Below, in pieces: positions 24,101-36,100 of a stretch of DNA of 64,000 nucleotides (its first letter is position 1; every line of letters begins with the position of its first letter). Under the pieces are notes generated by a model. The model was not told the DNA's origin. It searched no databases and saw nothing but the letters and a program-made list of their open reading frames with translations. The DNA is from Ophelia neglecta (Eukaryota), in contig OZ260665.1 in NCBI GenBank assembly GCA_965285935.1, positions 27,714,001-27,778,000 on the forward strand. The letters run 5' to 3'. The position numbers and the translations under genes were made by a program.

Positions 24101-27100
24101 AAACTATTGTTTCTTTTAGCAAAACTTTGGATAAAGAAGGTGGTAAATATACAAGTAAGGATTTGCAGCCTCCATTCCCATCTGTACTAACTATAGATAT
24201 CTACTCTTAAACAGAGGAAATCTTATCTTTAAATTTTTGTAAAAGTACTTTTCCTTAAAGGTATTTTGGATGAGATATGTCTTCTGTGAATTATTTTAAA
24301 TGGTTGTATTCTGGCCTATGAACCTACGGTGATTGCAGCACTGTTTTCTCCGTCATACATGGTGATGTGTCCCCCCGCCACGGAGGTGAAGTCAGTGTTA
24401 GGGTTGGCCGGTACAGTGTTCTCATCAGGAGGTCTGACTGAGCCCCCCTTCACATCATAATAAATACGAACAATACCTGAAAACAAAGCAAAACAACCAA
24501 CAATGTTGAGGCAAGCTTTTTATGAGATTTTCAAGGATTTATAAATTAAAATTCAAATGCATTTAGTAAACAGTGACTCTGTTCTGAAGTTTTTTTGCAA
24601 TCCCTACTTATAATCCCAGAAACAAAAAAATTGTTGAAAGTAAAAAACTTTGAATAACTCAGAACTCAGAACATTTTATTTGACCAAAGATTACTCTAAA
24701 CATGAAACAGTACAAACAATAACAACCGTCTAATAATTCAGTTTCATAATTATAATCATGTTAATTGGATTAGATAACTAAAGACAATTATCAGGTCGAG
24801 GAGACTCCCATTAAGTCCCGAGAGACGCTAGCATGAGGGCCACCCCAATATATGCAATTGCAATGAATATGCAATTGCCAATTTGCCAGAAAATACATTC
24901 CTGAATTGGTTAATACTTTACTCTGTGAATAATAAAATAAGACAACAGGCTAACAAGTATCAGAGTATAAATCTAAAAATAAAATATGTACATAGTGAGC
25001 TGATCACCATATAAATAAACTCTTTGGACATGTTGCTTACCAATACTTCCAAACTTCCTGTCGACAGTGAGCTGAGCCATGGTGTTGCCCTCTATCACCC
25101 TGCGTTCTAGGGAGGTGGTGGCGAAGGAGAAGACCCCATGGGGCTCATTACCCCCCTCGATGGTAATGACAGACCTCCCGTTCTGAGGGTCCACAGCGGC
25201 TGCTCCGCTCGAACGTACACCTAAAACACAGGTTAACACATCACCAGAACTCTTACATGAGGTTCTATCATACTGTTTATTTCTATTTTCATTAAGAATG
25301 AAGTGGACATCATGGGCTCAGTAACTTATTATTAAAAAATTGTATTTTTAGTAAGTTGGTATAAATTCCACATAACATAATGTAATTTGTTCTGAGCAAT
25401 GCGGCATGATAACTTTCGTATATTTTAAGGTACAGTTAGGCACTAGATACTTATCACCAAAAAAAGGGATTGGATAACTAGAACACAAAGCAAAATCATC
25501 CATGAAGAATGTCCATTAATGGTCATCACTCCCAGCCCCAAACAATAAATAAACTTGTAAATCAAATAACAGAACTGAAAACAAGTACGGTGCAACCTTG
25601 CCTACCTTCAGTTCTGACATTGACAATTTCGACCACATATTCCTGGTTGATCTTGGGTTCATTGTCCACCAGGACATGCAGCAGTACCTCTCTGTCTTGT
25701 ACTCCCTGGACAATACACGTTCATAGGATCAGTCAGAGTTACGTGAATATATATAACAAGTGATGCTTAACTCTAGCTAAGTATGACTCAGATACACACT
25801 CCAATATCACTCAAGACATCTACTCTTGTTATGAGCTGAGCTACCTACTCATGGTCCTAGTGGTTCATTGCAACACAACACCGAAATTATCAAAGCTTTC
25901 TGAGCACTAATAAGATCAGTATTTATATATGCTGTAGGTCAGGTGTTAAAAGTCCATCACTTCTATGATTGACATTTAAAAAATCTACACATATTACATT
26001 ATAATGTATTTCTTAAAAAATAACTGCAAGTGTTTAAGTATCCCATGTGAGTACTCCATACGACTGGCAAGTGGTAGTCACATTATAATAATGAATATGT
26101 ACGGTTTATAGTATCATCAAAGCATGAAGCAGAATAAAAGGGTAAAATCATATGCAGGAATTTCTGCATTCGCAATCTGTTCACCGACCCCCGGTTTTAC
26201 ATAACAGTGTCCCATACCATATTGGTAATAGTTATTCTCAAATGAAAGTAAACTTTAACATTAGACTTCATTCTACCATGTAGTAGCACAATAATGGAGA
26301 CAGCTTAAAAACTAGGAAAACATAGAAACAGCTTGGAACTCGAGCAGCACAATGCAGGTATTCTGCATGTCAGACATGTAAAATAACACTAACTCATAGA
26401 ATAGACTTTCATAACTTAACGCTATAAAGTTATACAAACTAACATGTACTACCTGATCAAAGAAGAGTGTGCCTGTGTGGATGCGGAACCTGACTGCAGG
26501 GGGTTGGCTGTTTACAGCTCTAATGATCCAATCACATGTGACACGGCCCAGGGCGGGGGCGGAACGTCGGATCGTCAGGCCCATCACATCGCCTGGGAAG
26601 ACACAATAATATACCAAGACAGCTGAGATTCGATTGTGACTTGTATTTGATGGAATCTCAATATTTTATTCCTAAAAGAAGTCTAGAAATCATTGCTTTA
26701 TCTCTTTCTTGTTCATATACACACACCCACTGAGTCTCATTTATAATCATAAAGTTTTTGTGAATCACAGTATTATGATGGCCTATTCTCTAATCCAGTT
26801 TGTAATGGTCAACTGCTGGGTGGCTGAATGATGACAACAATACTGGCCAAACATGACCATTGGTTTAGTGGAGAGAATGCCTTGAAGATTTTATGTCTAT
26901 TGGCTAAATTCACAAAAGCACAACTTTTTTCTTTAGTTACTACACCATAACAGTGCCTGAAAATCATACACTGGTACATGTATAATCATACACTGGTACA
27001 TGTATTTCCACCATTCCTTGGCCTAATACCAGTGTACTACACCTGATAGCTTTCAATAATCATCCAAGTTTTTTTTTTACCAGACTAGCTCCTTGCTAGT

Positions 27101-30100
27101 CTGACCCCTCTGACCCCTTTCTCTGCGGTAATCAACAGGTATAATACAAACTAACCCTAGCTTTATTCTGAGTCAGCAATAGAAGTCATGCTCAAAACTT
27201 CTATAGCAACTTTAGGCTTTCTCTATAGGACATACATATATAATCAGGCTTACACGGATTCAGCCAAAAATAAAGTTCAAGTTTAAATAGCCTATTATAA
27301 GCAGGATTGTGTTTCTATTAATTCTTACCTTCCTTGACCAGATAGGAGGTCTGGGAGAAGCTGAGTAGGCCTGCCACGTAGTCGTTAGCCATGACAACGA
27401 TGGTCACAGCGTTGTTCTGTCCAATCACAGAGCCTCCGCCTGGCTCTCGCAGTCCTACCAGAATGGTCTCGTCGTTCTCCGGGACTTCGTCGTCCTCAAT
27501 ACCTATTGTCACAGCTGGAGGGCGGAAGAGACGATATTCAAATATTTCATCAGAACATTAATGACATACAGTGCAGGATAAATCTCCTAACACAATTAAT
27601 GTATTATACAATTAAAAAATGTTTTGTAATGTTTTGAAGTATTTCACTATTATATCTAATGCATTCAAACAAAAATAAATGTAATTGAAAGTTTAAACAC
27701 TATATCATACAATCTTATATCCAATAATGAAGACAAGATCCATTTGATGGCCTAACTGATGAATATACTATTTTTAGGGAGGTTTTAGCATCCCAAATAT
27801 CATATTATTATCCAACAAGTTGTACCTAAAAGTTTATAAAGAAAAACCAATGGAAATTCTCATGGAAAAATTTCCCAAGCAAATTAACATGTATCCACAA
27901 TAATCATTGTGCCTCTTATCTAAAGTATAGGTCACCAGAGAGAATGCAATCAGAATTTTCCACTCCGGTTGTATATCAATATTGGTTTTTGTATTTAATA
28001 AGCGAGTATCGAAAGAATAAGAGAGGATAGGCAACAAATTAACAGAAAGTTAAACCAGCTGAAACCTTAGCACTCTAAATTAAAATTGCATTTGAAAGAA
28101 GAAGTCATTTTAGTATGTAGGAGAATGTATAATGCTAGGAAGTATGCATATGGTAGTTTTCATTCAAAATTGAAAAGGACTCAGTAGGACTTGCATGTAC
28201 CAGCATTTACAATTTGGTATAAAATTTGGTATAGACTTTGCCAAATAAATTTACATGGTTGTGGCACTCAATATTCTTGCACTTGTTTGGCAACTTCTAA
28301 TCTTTTATATATATTTAGTATATGTTTAGTAAAAGTTACAGTTATGCTGATGCACCCAATGCTGACCCTAGTTTTGTTTCCAGTAAATAGGTTCTTCAGA
28401 GGACAATGAATTATTAGTGGTGAGTTCCAAACACCTCTCCAGGTTAATTAAGCAAAAAAAATTGTAGACCACACTGTGACATGACACTTCCACAGGGCGA
28501 CGTGGGATACTCAATTTCGTTGAACATGCATAGACTTAAATATGTTGATTTCACCTTAGAGGCATATCTTTATCATAACACAAACACTGAAACACTGTAA
28601 TAAAGTAGTACAAAGAGTCCCCCATTGATTACAGCAACTCACTGGGTGGTGTATCAATTTTAAATGAAATTATTTTGCAACTTTAATGACCAAATGGATG
28701 TAGAAATATGTACCTAAACTCAATAAATTAAGCAATGGAACAAAAGACCTTAGAAACTATGAAAAGCATCCCTGTGAAAATAATTACCAGTTCAAATTAT
28801 GAAACAGTTCCTGAAATGAAATAAACAAAATCTATTTCCAAAATGTGCACTTAGAAGAGGTGAACATATTACCGTCGGGTTTCCACAGTAGTACATGCTT
28901 ATCTGACAAAACCCTGATGTCTGAATGATAAATCACAGATAACATAAAGGTGCTGTACATATTAACCGTGATTTAATAGTGATGAGGTGTGCACCTCACA
29001 ATAAACCAGTATATCAGAGTGTACTTCTTGTGAAACACACATCAATAATTCATGCAATGAACAAGTGTAATGAGCCATTTTAACACGTTTTATATTGTAT
29101 GATAGTGGTTGATATCTTTTGGTCTATTGAGGTACCATACATATTTTGATACACACATTGTGATACGCTATACCAATGATACTTATTGATGATACTTCTA
29201 AACAGGAGACACTTTACTGATGAGTTGAGTCAGATCCAAGATCTAAACAAATCTGTTCATTATGGGTCTAGTAATTAACTCCCTTAGTGCCAGGAGCAAG
29301 GGCTGACCACTTTTACATCAAATATAATCATAAAATATAAAGGACAAATCTCTTTAGTATTTTATTAATATTGTATATATGCACCTTGTTTGTTGACAGT
29401 TAATTAAAGGGAGGCAGCAATATAAAGAGAACTTCAAAGTATAATATTAACATGGAGAGCTGAGTACTCAAAATAATATGGGTCAAACAGCTCAAGTGGC
29501 AAAGTTTGACAGCATTTATTTTAAAAACTGTCAATTTATAGGTTGTGTACCAATACTGCAGTTTGGGGTTTGGCTAGCATATATGGGGCCTGACTGAATG
29601 CAAAATGGGAGGCAGAAGCAGAACTGGGATATTTGGCAATATCTCACCCCAGATATAATAGTTTTTATTCATCAATCATCAAAGGCTTTCCATGAATTTA
29701 GTTATACTCCAGTAAGAAGTATCTTCTAAAGTATTATCAATTCATCACATCACAATATAGCCATCAGTACCCGACTGTGTGATACCTCATGGACCAATAT
29801 CCAACACTATCATAGGAAAAATACTGCAAACATTGAAAAAATTATACAACAGTTCTGAATTATCAAATGATAGTATTACTTTTATTGTGAATTTTGTGCA
29901 CGGTGCTTTTCCAACATCTGCATATTTAACTATAGGACACACGTGAAACTATTAAGACATTGATCTGGATAGATCCTCTTATACGGAAATGGCAAAAATT
30001 AAGCTATGCATGCATTTAGAAGTCCACATAATTATGGTAACAAAAATACACATCTGTTTGGTAAAAAGTTGTGATATAGGGGAGAAATCAAACAAGAAAC

Positions 30101-33100
30101 AAAATGATATCAACAATTTTTGAACATCTTTTCAGATAAACAGCATCATCACATCTGATGCCCTGCTATTTCAGGTATCAAACTAGGGCTGTGCAGCCAC
30201 ATAAAGGGATTAGATTTTGCCAAATCACTTACTTCTCCTCAAGTCTCCAGGTAAAAATGTGAGAGTGGCACCATCTGCAATGAAATCTGCCCCTTTGGTG
30301 GCAGTAGTACGGGTAATATCTACATACCACTCCACTGACACTGTGCCAATACTGCCACCTGGAGGAAGATAGGAAAATTATTCAGATACATGTACATGGT
30401 CAATATTCATATAATTTAGATATTTTAGATCATTTGAAGTCCATTGGAAGTTAGAAGTAACCCATAAAATACCTTTTTCTCATGCTTAGTTTTAAATTAG
30501 TGTCCCCCCCCCCCACATTTTCGGTCCTTTGCTAGGAGAGGGAATGGGTGTTGTATACCACTATCTGTTAAATATATGGTTAAATTACAGCCTTGTTTAA
30601 TTAGTAACAGTGTTTTTGCACAAGGCAAATATACATCTAAAATAGATTGTCATAAGCTTTTTCAATCCTAGTTTTGTGTGTATTGTGTAATTATACATAC
30701 AATAGCTGACCACAAATAAACAATAAGGTTGTTTCCCCTTAAAAATGGTTGAAATGGATTTGATTTACTTAGGGCACACTCTAAAAAGGAATAGCTTCTT
30801 TATATAGTGAAATTACACTATCTATCTGGGAAGAGCACTCTAGTCAAGTATAAATAAATTAAACAAAGTGCCTTAACTATAAAGGCCATGTTACTGAATT
30901 GGGAGAAGACAGTCCTGGAATATTCCATTGTCCATTATCTCCTTCTCTACTAATTAAGTCTGTTTTCTCCTGATGATTACTGGACAAACTTGCCTTGTCT
31001 TTCCACAACAAGTTCTACAGAAAACTTGGCCCTCTCTTCCACTGGGATGTTTTGTCCCCCTTCAAGGGCGCGAGGGTCATTGCTGTAGATACGAAACACC
31101 CCATTGGCGTCATCGTTGAGCCCTATGACAACACTGGCCTGCCGGTTTGCCCCTAACTGGGGTATATTGCTAGGATTTAATGGTGGCCCTCCAACCAATT
31201 CAACTTTGGTGAGTTCTATTTTAAATTTTTCATTGAGTTCGGGAAGGTCGTCTGATAGAACTTGTACGGGGAGAGCGCCCACGGTCTGACCGTTGTCTAT
31301 GAGAATTGACTTCTCAGGCTGGACTTCTATGTAGTCTACTCCTGACTTGGCCTGTACTGTGTACAATGGGGCTGTCTGCAATGTCATGTGAAAAGACATT
31401 TGAAAAATCCACACTTATTTCAATCCACTTTAATATTCAGGCCTTGTACAATCTAACATATTAAAATTAATTCTTACATCAAAAAACCTAGAGTTTCAAA
31501 TACACAGAGATGATTTTTTGAAAAATATTCAACTCCACATTACATGTAATGCAGACACTAGGGAACACTTAAGTAAAGATATTGTTATAAGTAGTAACAG
31601 TGTTTAGACGGAATAACAGACATACACTATGTATTGTTGGACACAGTTTTTTGATTGATTGATTGATAATCTTTTATTAATGGACGCCAGTTATGGCCAT
31701 TTCGGCTGTAGTTACTGGCCGCCCACTGGAGTGGCAACACATAGTGACACATATAAAAAAATTACGAACTATAGAATCTCATATACAGTAGTATACCAAT
31801 AATAAACATTGGTTACATGAGACAACCAGAGTATATATAATTATGTCATCTCATCTGAACCAAATAGTAAAATACAATTTTTATATAATGGACATTATCT
31901 TTTGCAAATAAAACATTTAGTGATATGGCATTTGTCGGAATATTGACCTAATAGGAGATTCTTAGAGTCAAATTGTGGAATTAGTGAATGTTTAAGTTCA
32001 TATAAAATTCTGTTAGTTGAACTTAAGAACTTGTGCCAGAGACATTGCTTAGCATAATTTGTTCTAGTGTGCTTGCGTTCTATAACTTCAATATTTCTGG
32101 TATGGTAGTATTTTTCAGTAGTGTTCTTGAGATTGGCAGATTTTTTGGTAAATTCAGGACATTTATTGTTCAGTACAGAGAAGTATATATTTAAACATGA
32201 ATGGATAAATAAATCTTCCAATTTGAGTATTTGTAGTGACCTGAAAATGGGGTGTGTTGTTCTTTTATTGGATTTAGTTCCACTCAAGGTCCCCCCATTG
32301 TTGTCACTTTTTCAAGACAAACCAAAGAAATACTGGTCAGGTTCAATGTTTCTTTCAATTTTAAGAATAATATAGAATTATCAATATAAATATATAATTG
32401 ATAATGTTAACATACGAGGTCCTGTATTTTGGAGTAGTATACGTATCCTGTCCTGTTGTCCAGCCACTGGAAGTCACCAGTTGTAAACCAGTTACAGTCC
32501 ACTCGGGTCGGGTTGTAGTCAAATGACTTACAGGCCTCGCTCAGCAGGCAAAACTGAGAACACGCCTACACAAAAACAGTAAAATATCATGTGAATGTGC
32601 CTGTTAAGATTGATTGAACATATTTTCATATTGCAGAAAAAGAGATTATATCTGTTTAAGGACAGTAATATAAAATGCTATAATAAGTACATATAGGCAT
32701 GATAATGTGTCCTGTGTGGAAATTCAATGGGTCTCCTCCTTTGTCAAAACAAACACAACATTATCAGATATTTCATTTCTTGATCATTAATATTATTGCC
32801 AGTAGATTGCCATTAAGTATTTAAGACATCCCCTGGTGTGTTACAACTCATGGTCCTCCTCAGGTACTATCAGGCACCTCCGTCCATATAGAGTCAAATA
32901 TTTAAATGAGTTCCGAGCCAACCTGTTCAGATGACTATATATATTAGTATCCATGTTCATTGGACTCAAGAGGGGGGCAATGGCCCTGGGGTGTGAGGCT
33001 AGCCAGCCCTGGGGGAGAGGCTTGCCAGCTCTGGGCGAGATTCTTGCCGGCTCTGGGGGTTGGGGGGGAGAGGCTTATCAGCCCTGGGTATTGTGTAATT

Positions 33101-36100
33101 CCTACCTTGAGAGGGTCTGGTTGGTTCTTGACATTCCAGCTTGTACCAGCCTGCGGGAGAGGCTTGCCAGCCCTCGGCATGGTGTAGTACTGGAACACGG
33201 ACCTTCCTCCGGAGGTGGCCTCCTCCAGGATGTCCAGCTCCCGAGTCAGGTAGTACACCTTCAGCTGTCCATAACTTCCTCCACTAGAGTAGAAAAAAGG
33301 TTAAAGTTCTTCATTGCATGCCTCAACTGCAGCTTGTAAAAACAAGTACATAATATAAAATCTATTGATCACACCTATCGGAAACAATTAACCAACATTT
33401 CTATATTACCTACCAAAATTGTTTTTACATAAAGTCCTGTTCAAACAAAATTAATGGTACATCACAGCTTCCTTGTGCGCTATATACCATTTATTGCCTC
33501 GGCCTTAAAACTACTTCTCTCCCAGTAATTAAACTATGAAAATTTTGTCACTCACACTCTGGAAACTGGGACTGTCTGTGTAGAGTCCTGGCCAATCACC
33601 TCACTAATAACAAACTCTGCCTGAGAGAACTCCACCGTGCCATGAGGGTTGTCATTGGGCAGGATGCTCAGGGTGAAATTAGCCTTGTCTGACAAGATAC
33701 GCCCATTGTTGTTTGCCGATGTCAGAATCAACATAATATCCTAAATGTGGGTAGTAAAACATGATTGAGACTTTGTATTGGAGAACGAGAAACAGTTCAG
33801 TTTTTAATACATCATCTGATACTATGGTTTTAATGCTTTACATATATATGTTATTTTGCCAAATGACCTAAAACTTAAAATGCGTGTAGCAGATTTTTGT
33901 TTTATTTGTTCTTCTGAAAATAATGATTTTAGATTCATAAATTGGGAGATGTAGCCTAGTTGATAGAGACATATATCTGCTAATATTTTACACACTACTG
34001 TTTGGTTTGTGGCATAAAATGCGCAAAAAGTAAATAAAAGTATACAAATCAATTGATTTGACTGATTCCCTACACATAGATCAATATCCAGGCAATCGAG
34101 GGGTTTTAAGGAGGGATTTGCGGTTATATGGCAGTGTTGTTTGAGACCTACCTCGGTACCCTCCGGGTCACTGTCAGCCAGCACACTGAGAGATATCATC
34201 TGTCTGGCCTCGTTACTCACAAAGTAGATGGCTCCCGAGGTGGGGCTGATATCTATGTCTGGGGCGCCACCTACAGGGAGGAGCTAGCATATTATATGAC
34301 CAATGGAACATGGTAACGGTAACAAGGCCAGATAAACAGAAAGGAAAATAATACTAAAACAAACTGACAGATTACCGGTAGTGAGAGCTGAAAAGTCTGG
34401 CTACCTTACGATAGACCCCTGGTATTAATAACATGTTACTCCAGAGGGGAGATCCCTTGTTACTCTAAGTTATAAAAACCAATTTTACTCTTGACCATTT
34501 AATAAAGCTTATATATTTCAGAAACCTTTTTTTTTCTCTAAGCTTGAACTAAATATTTATGCAAGCTTTTGACATGAATTTAAAACCAATTATAGCATTC
34601 TTACTGATTTGCAAGTAATCATAGTGTGTATGTCAAAGGTGTGATTGAGTGGGTTAAACATTATATCAATGAGTCAGTGAAAATCCTGAATATGATCACA
34701 GCATTGTGAAATAAATTATCAACTTTTAAATCAAAATATGGGTTTGGCATTGCGAATTTTATTGATATGCATTAATTGATGTACAAGCAATGAAAACCTG
34801 GCATTCCTTAACAGAGTGTCATACATTGTCTATGTAATCATGTGATATGAGAACCAATGATAGTTATAACAGTGCTATTGGTTCATCTTACTTGTGTTGA
34901 CAGGTGGTAAGACCTTGCCTACAAGTCACAAAGAGTATCACATTAATAACCAGCAATTCATCAGGGGCATGCAGGGGGAGAGGGGAGGGGGAGGGGGAGT
35001 AAGAAGGGGCTTGCAGGAGGGAGGGGGCTGTAATAAGGGGCTTTCAGGGGGAGGAGAGGGGAGGAGGGGGAGAGGAGGGGAGGGGGGAGGGTGGCGATAG
35101 TAATAAGAAGCGTGCAGGAGAGACACAGTAATAAGATCAAATAAACTACCAATAACTTCAATAGCAATCTTATTTTGTCCTTTTTTAATCTGTAGAAAGT
35201 CTATTTCATAACAGCAAATGATATCAGATAATTATAACTACCTATGACTTTAAAATAAAACAAAAAAACAGGGTATATATGTCAAAATATGACAAGATAC
35301 CCCGGTGTTTTGTTTTATTTGATATTATATTGCTACGATTGATTCAATACCTATGACTTTAATTATCAAGATAACATTGGAATGTTCAAATCTAAACACT
35401 AGGTAGGTAGGTAGGTAGAAGGATTTATGAAATAATTTGTTCAGACCACTGACAGGACTAGTTCACGATGAATGTTGATATTTACCGTTAAGTCTGGCGT
35501 GCCAGTTGACGGTAACCACCCCCAGGGTGCCTCCCGTCCTGACGACCGGGATCTCCACAGGGGCAGACCGGCCTATGGCTGGCTCTTCTACACTCATGGA
35601 GGGAGATTCAAAGCCTGAAAACAAATAATCCATTAACGATTCATTCTTCCCTGACTTCTTGGTAAAAGAAATCAAGTTTTTTTATAACACATGACTTTAC
35701 CCCAAATGACACAAAATCTAGTCCTATTTCTAATCAATGAACTTTTTGCAAGTATCAAGAAATAATTTGAAAAATTACTAAGCTATGCTATTTTCCATTG
35801 AAATGTAGCTAATGGCACATCAGCATACTACTTATACATTACTTATACCTGTTGATTGAACTGTGCTGATAATAAAATATTAAAATGTCAATAAATGAGT
35901 TTACCGAAAGCTCCATGCGGGTCGTCAGAAGACAGTATGGTGACCACAGTTTCGGTGACCGGCCCCAGCATGGCTCCTCCTGCTACAGGCTCCACCAGTC
36001 GTATTGAGAAGGTCTCCTCCAGCTCTGGCAGGCGGTCGTTGATGATGTCCACCGGTACCCGTTTCTCTCTCTCGCCACTGATAAGGACCACGTCGGTGGA

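Noticed and set aside
34894-35167. Gly- and Pro-rich short ORFs
   Set aside because: Translation of a low-complexity G/purine tract in an intron
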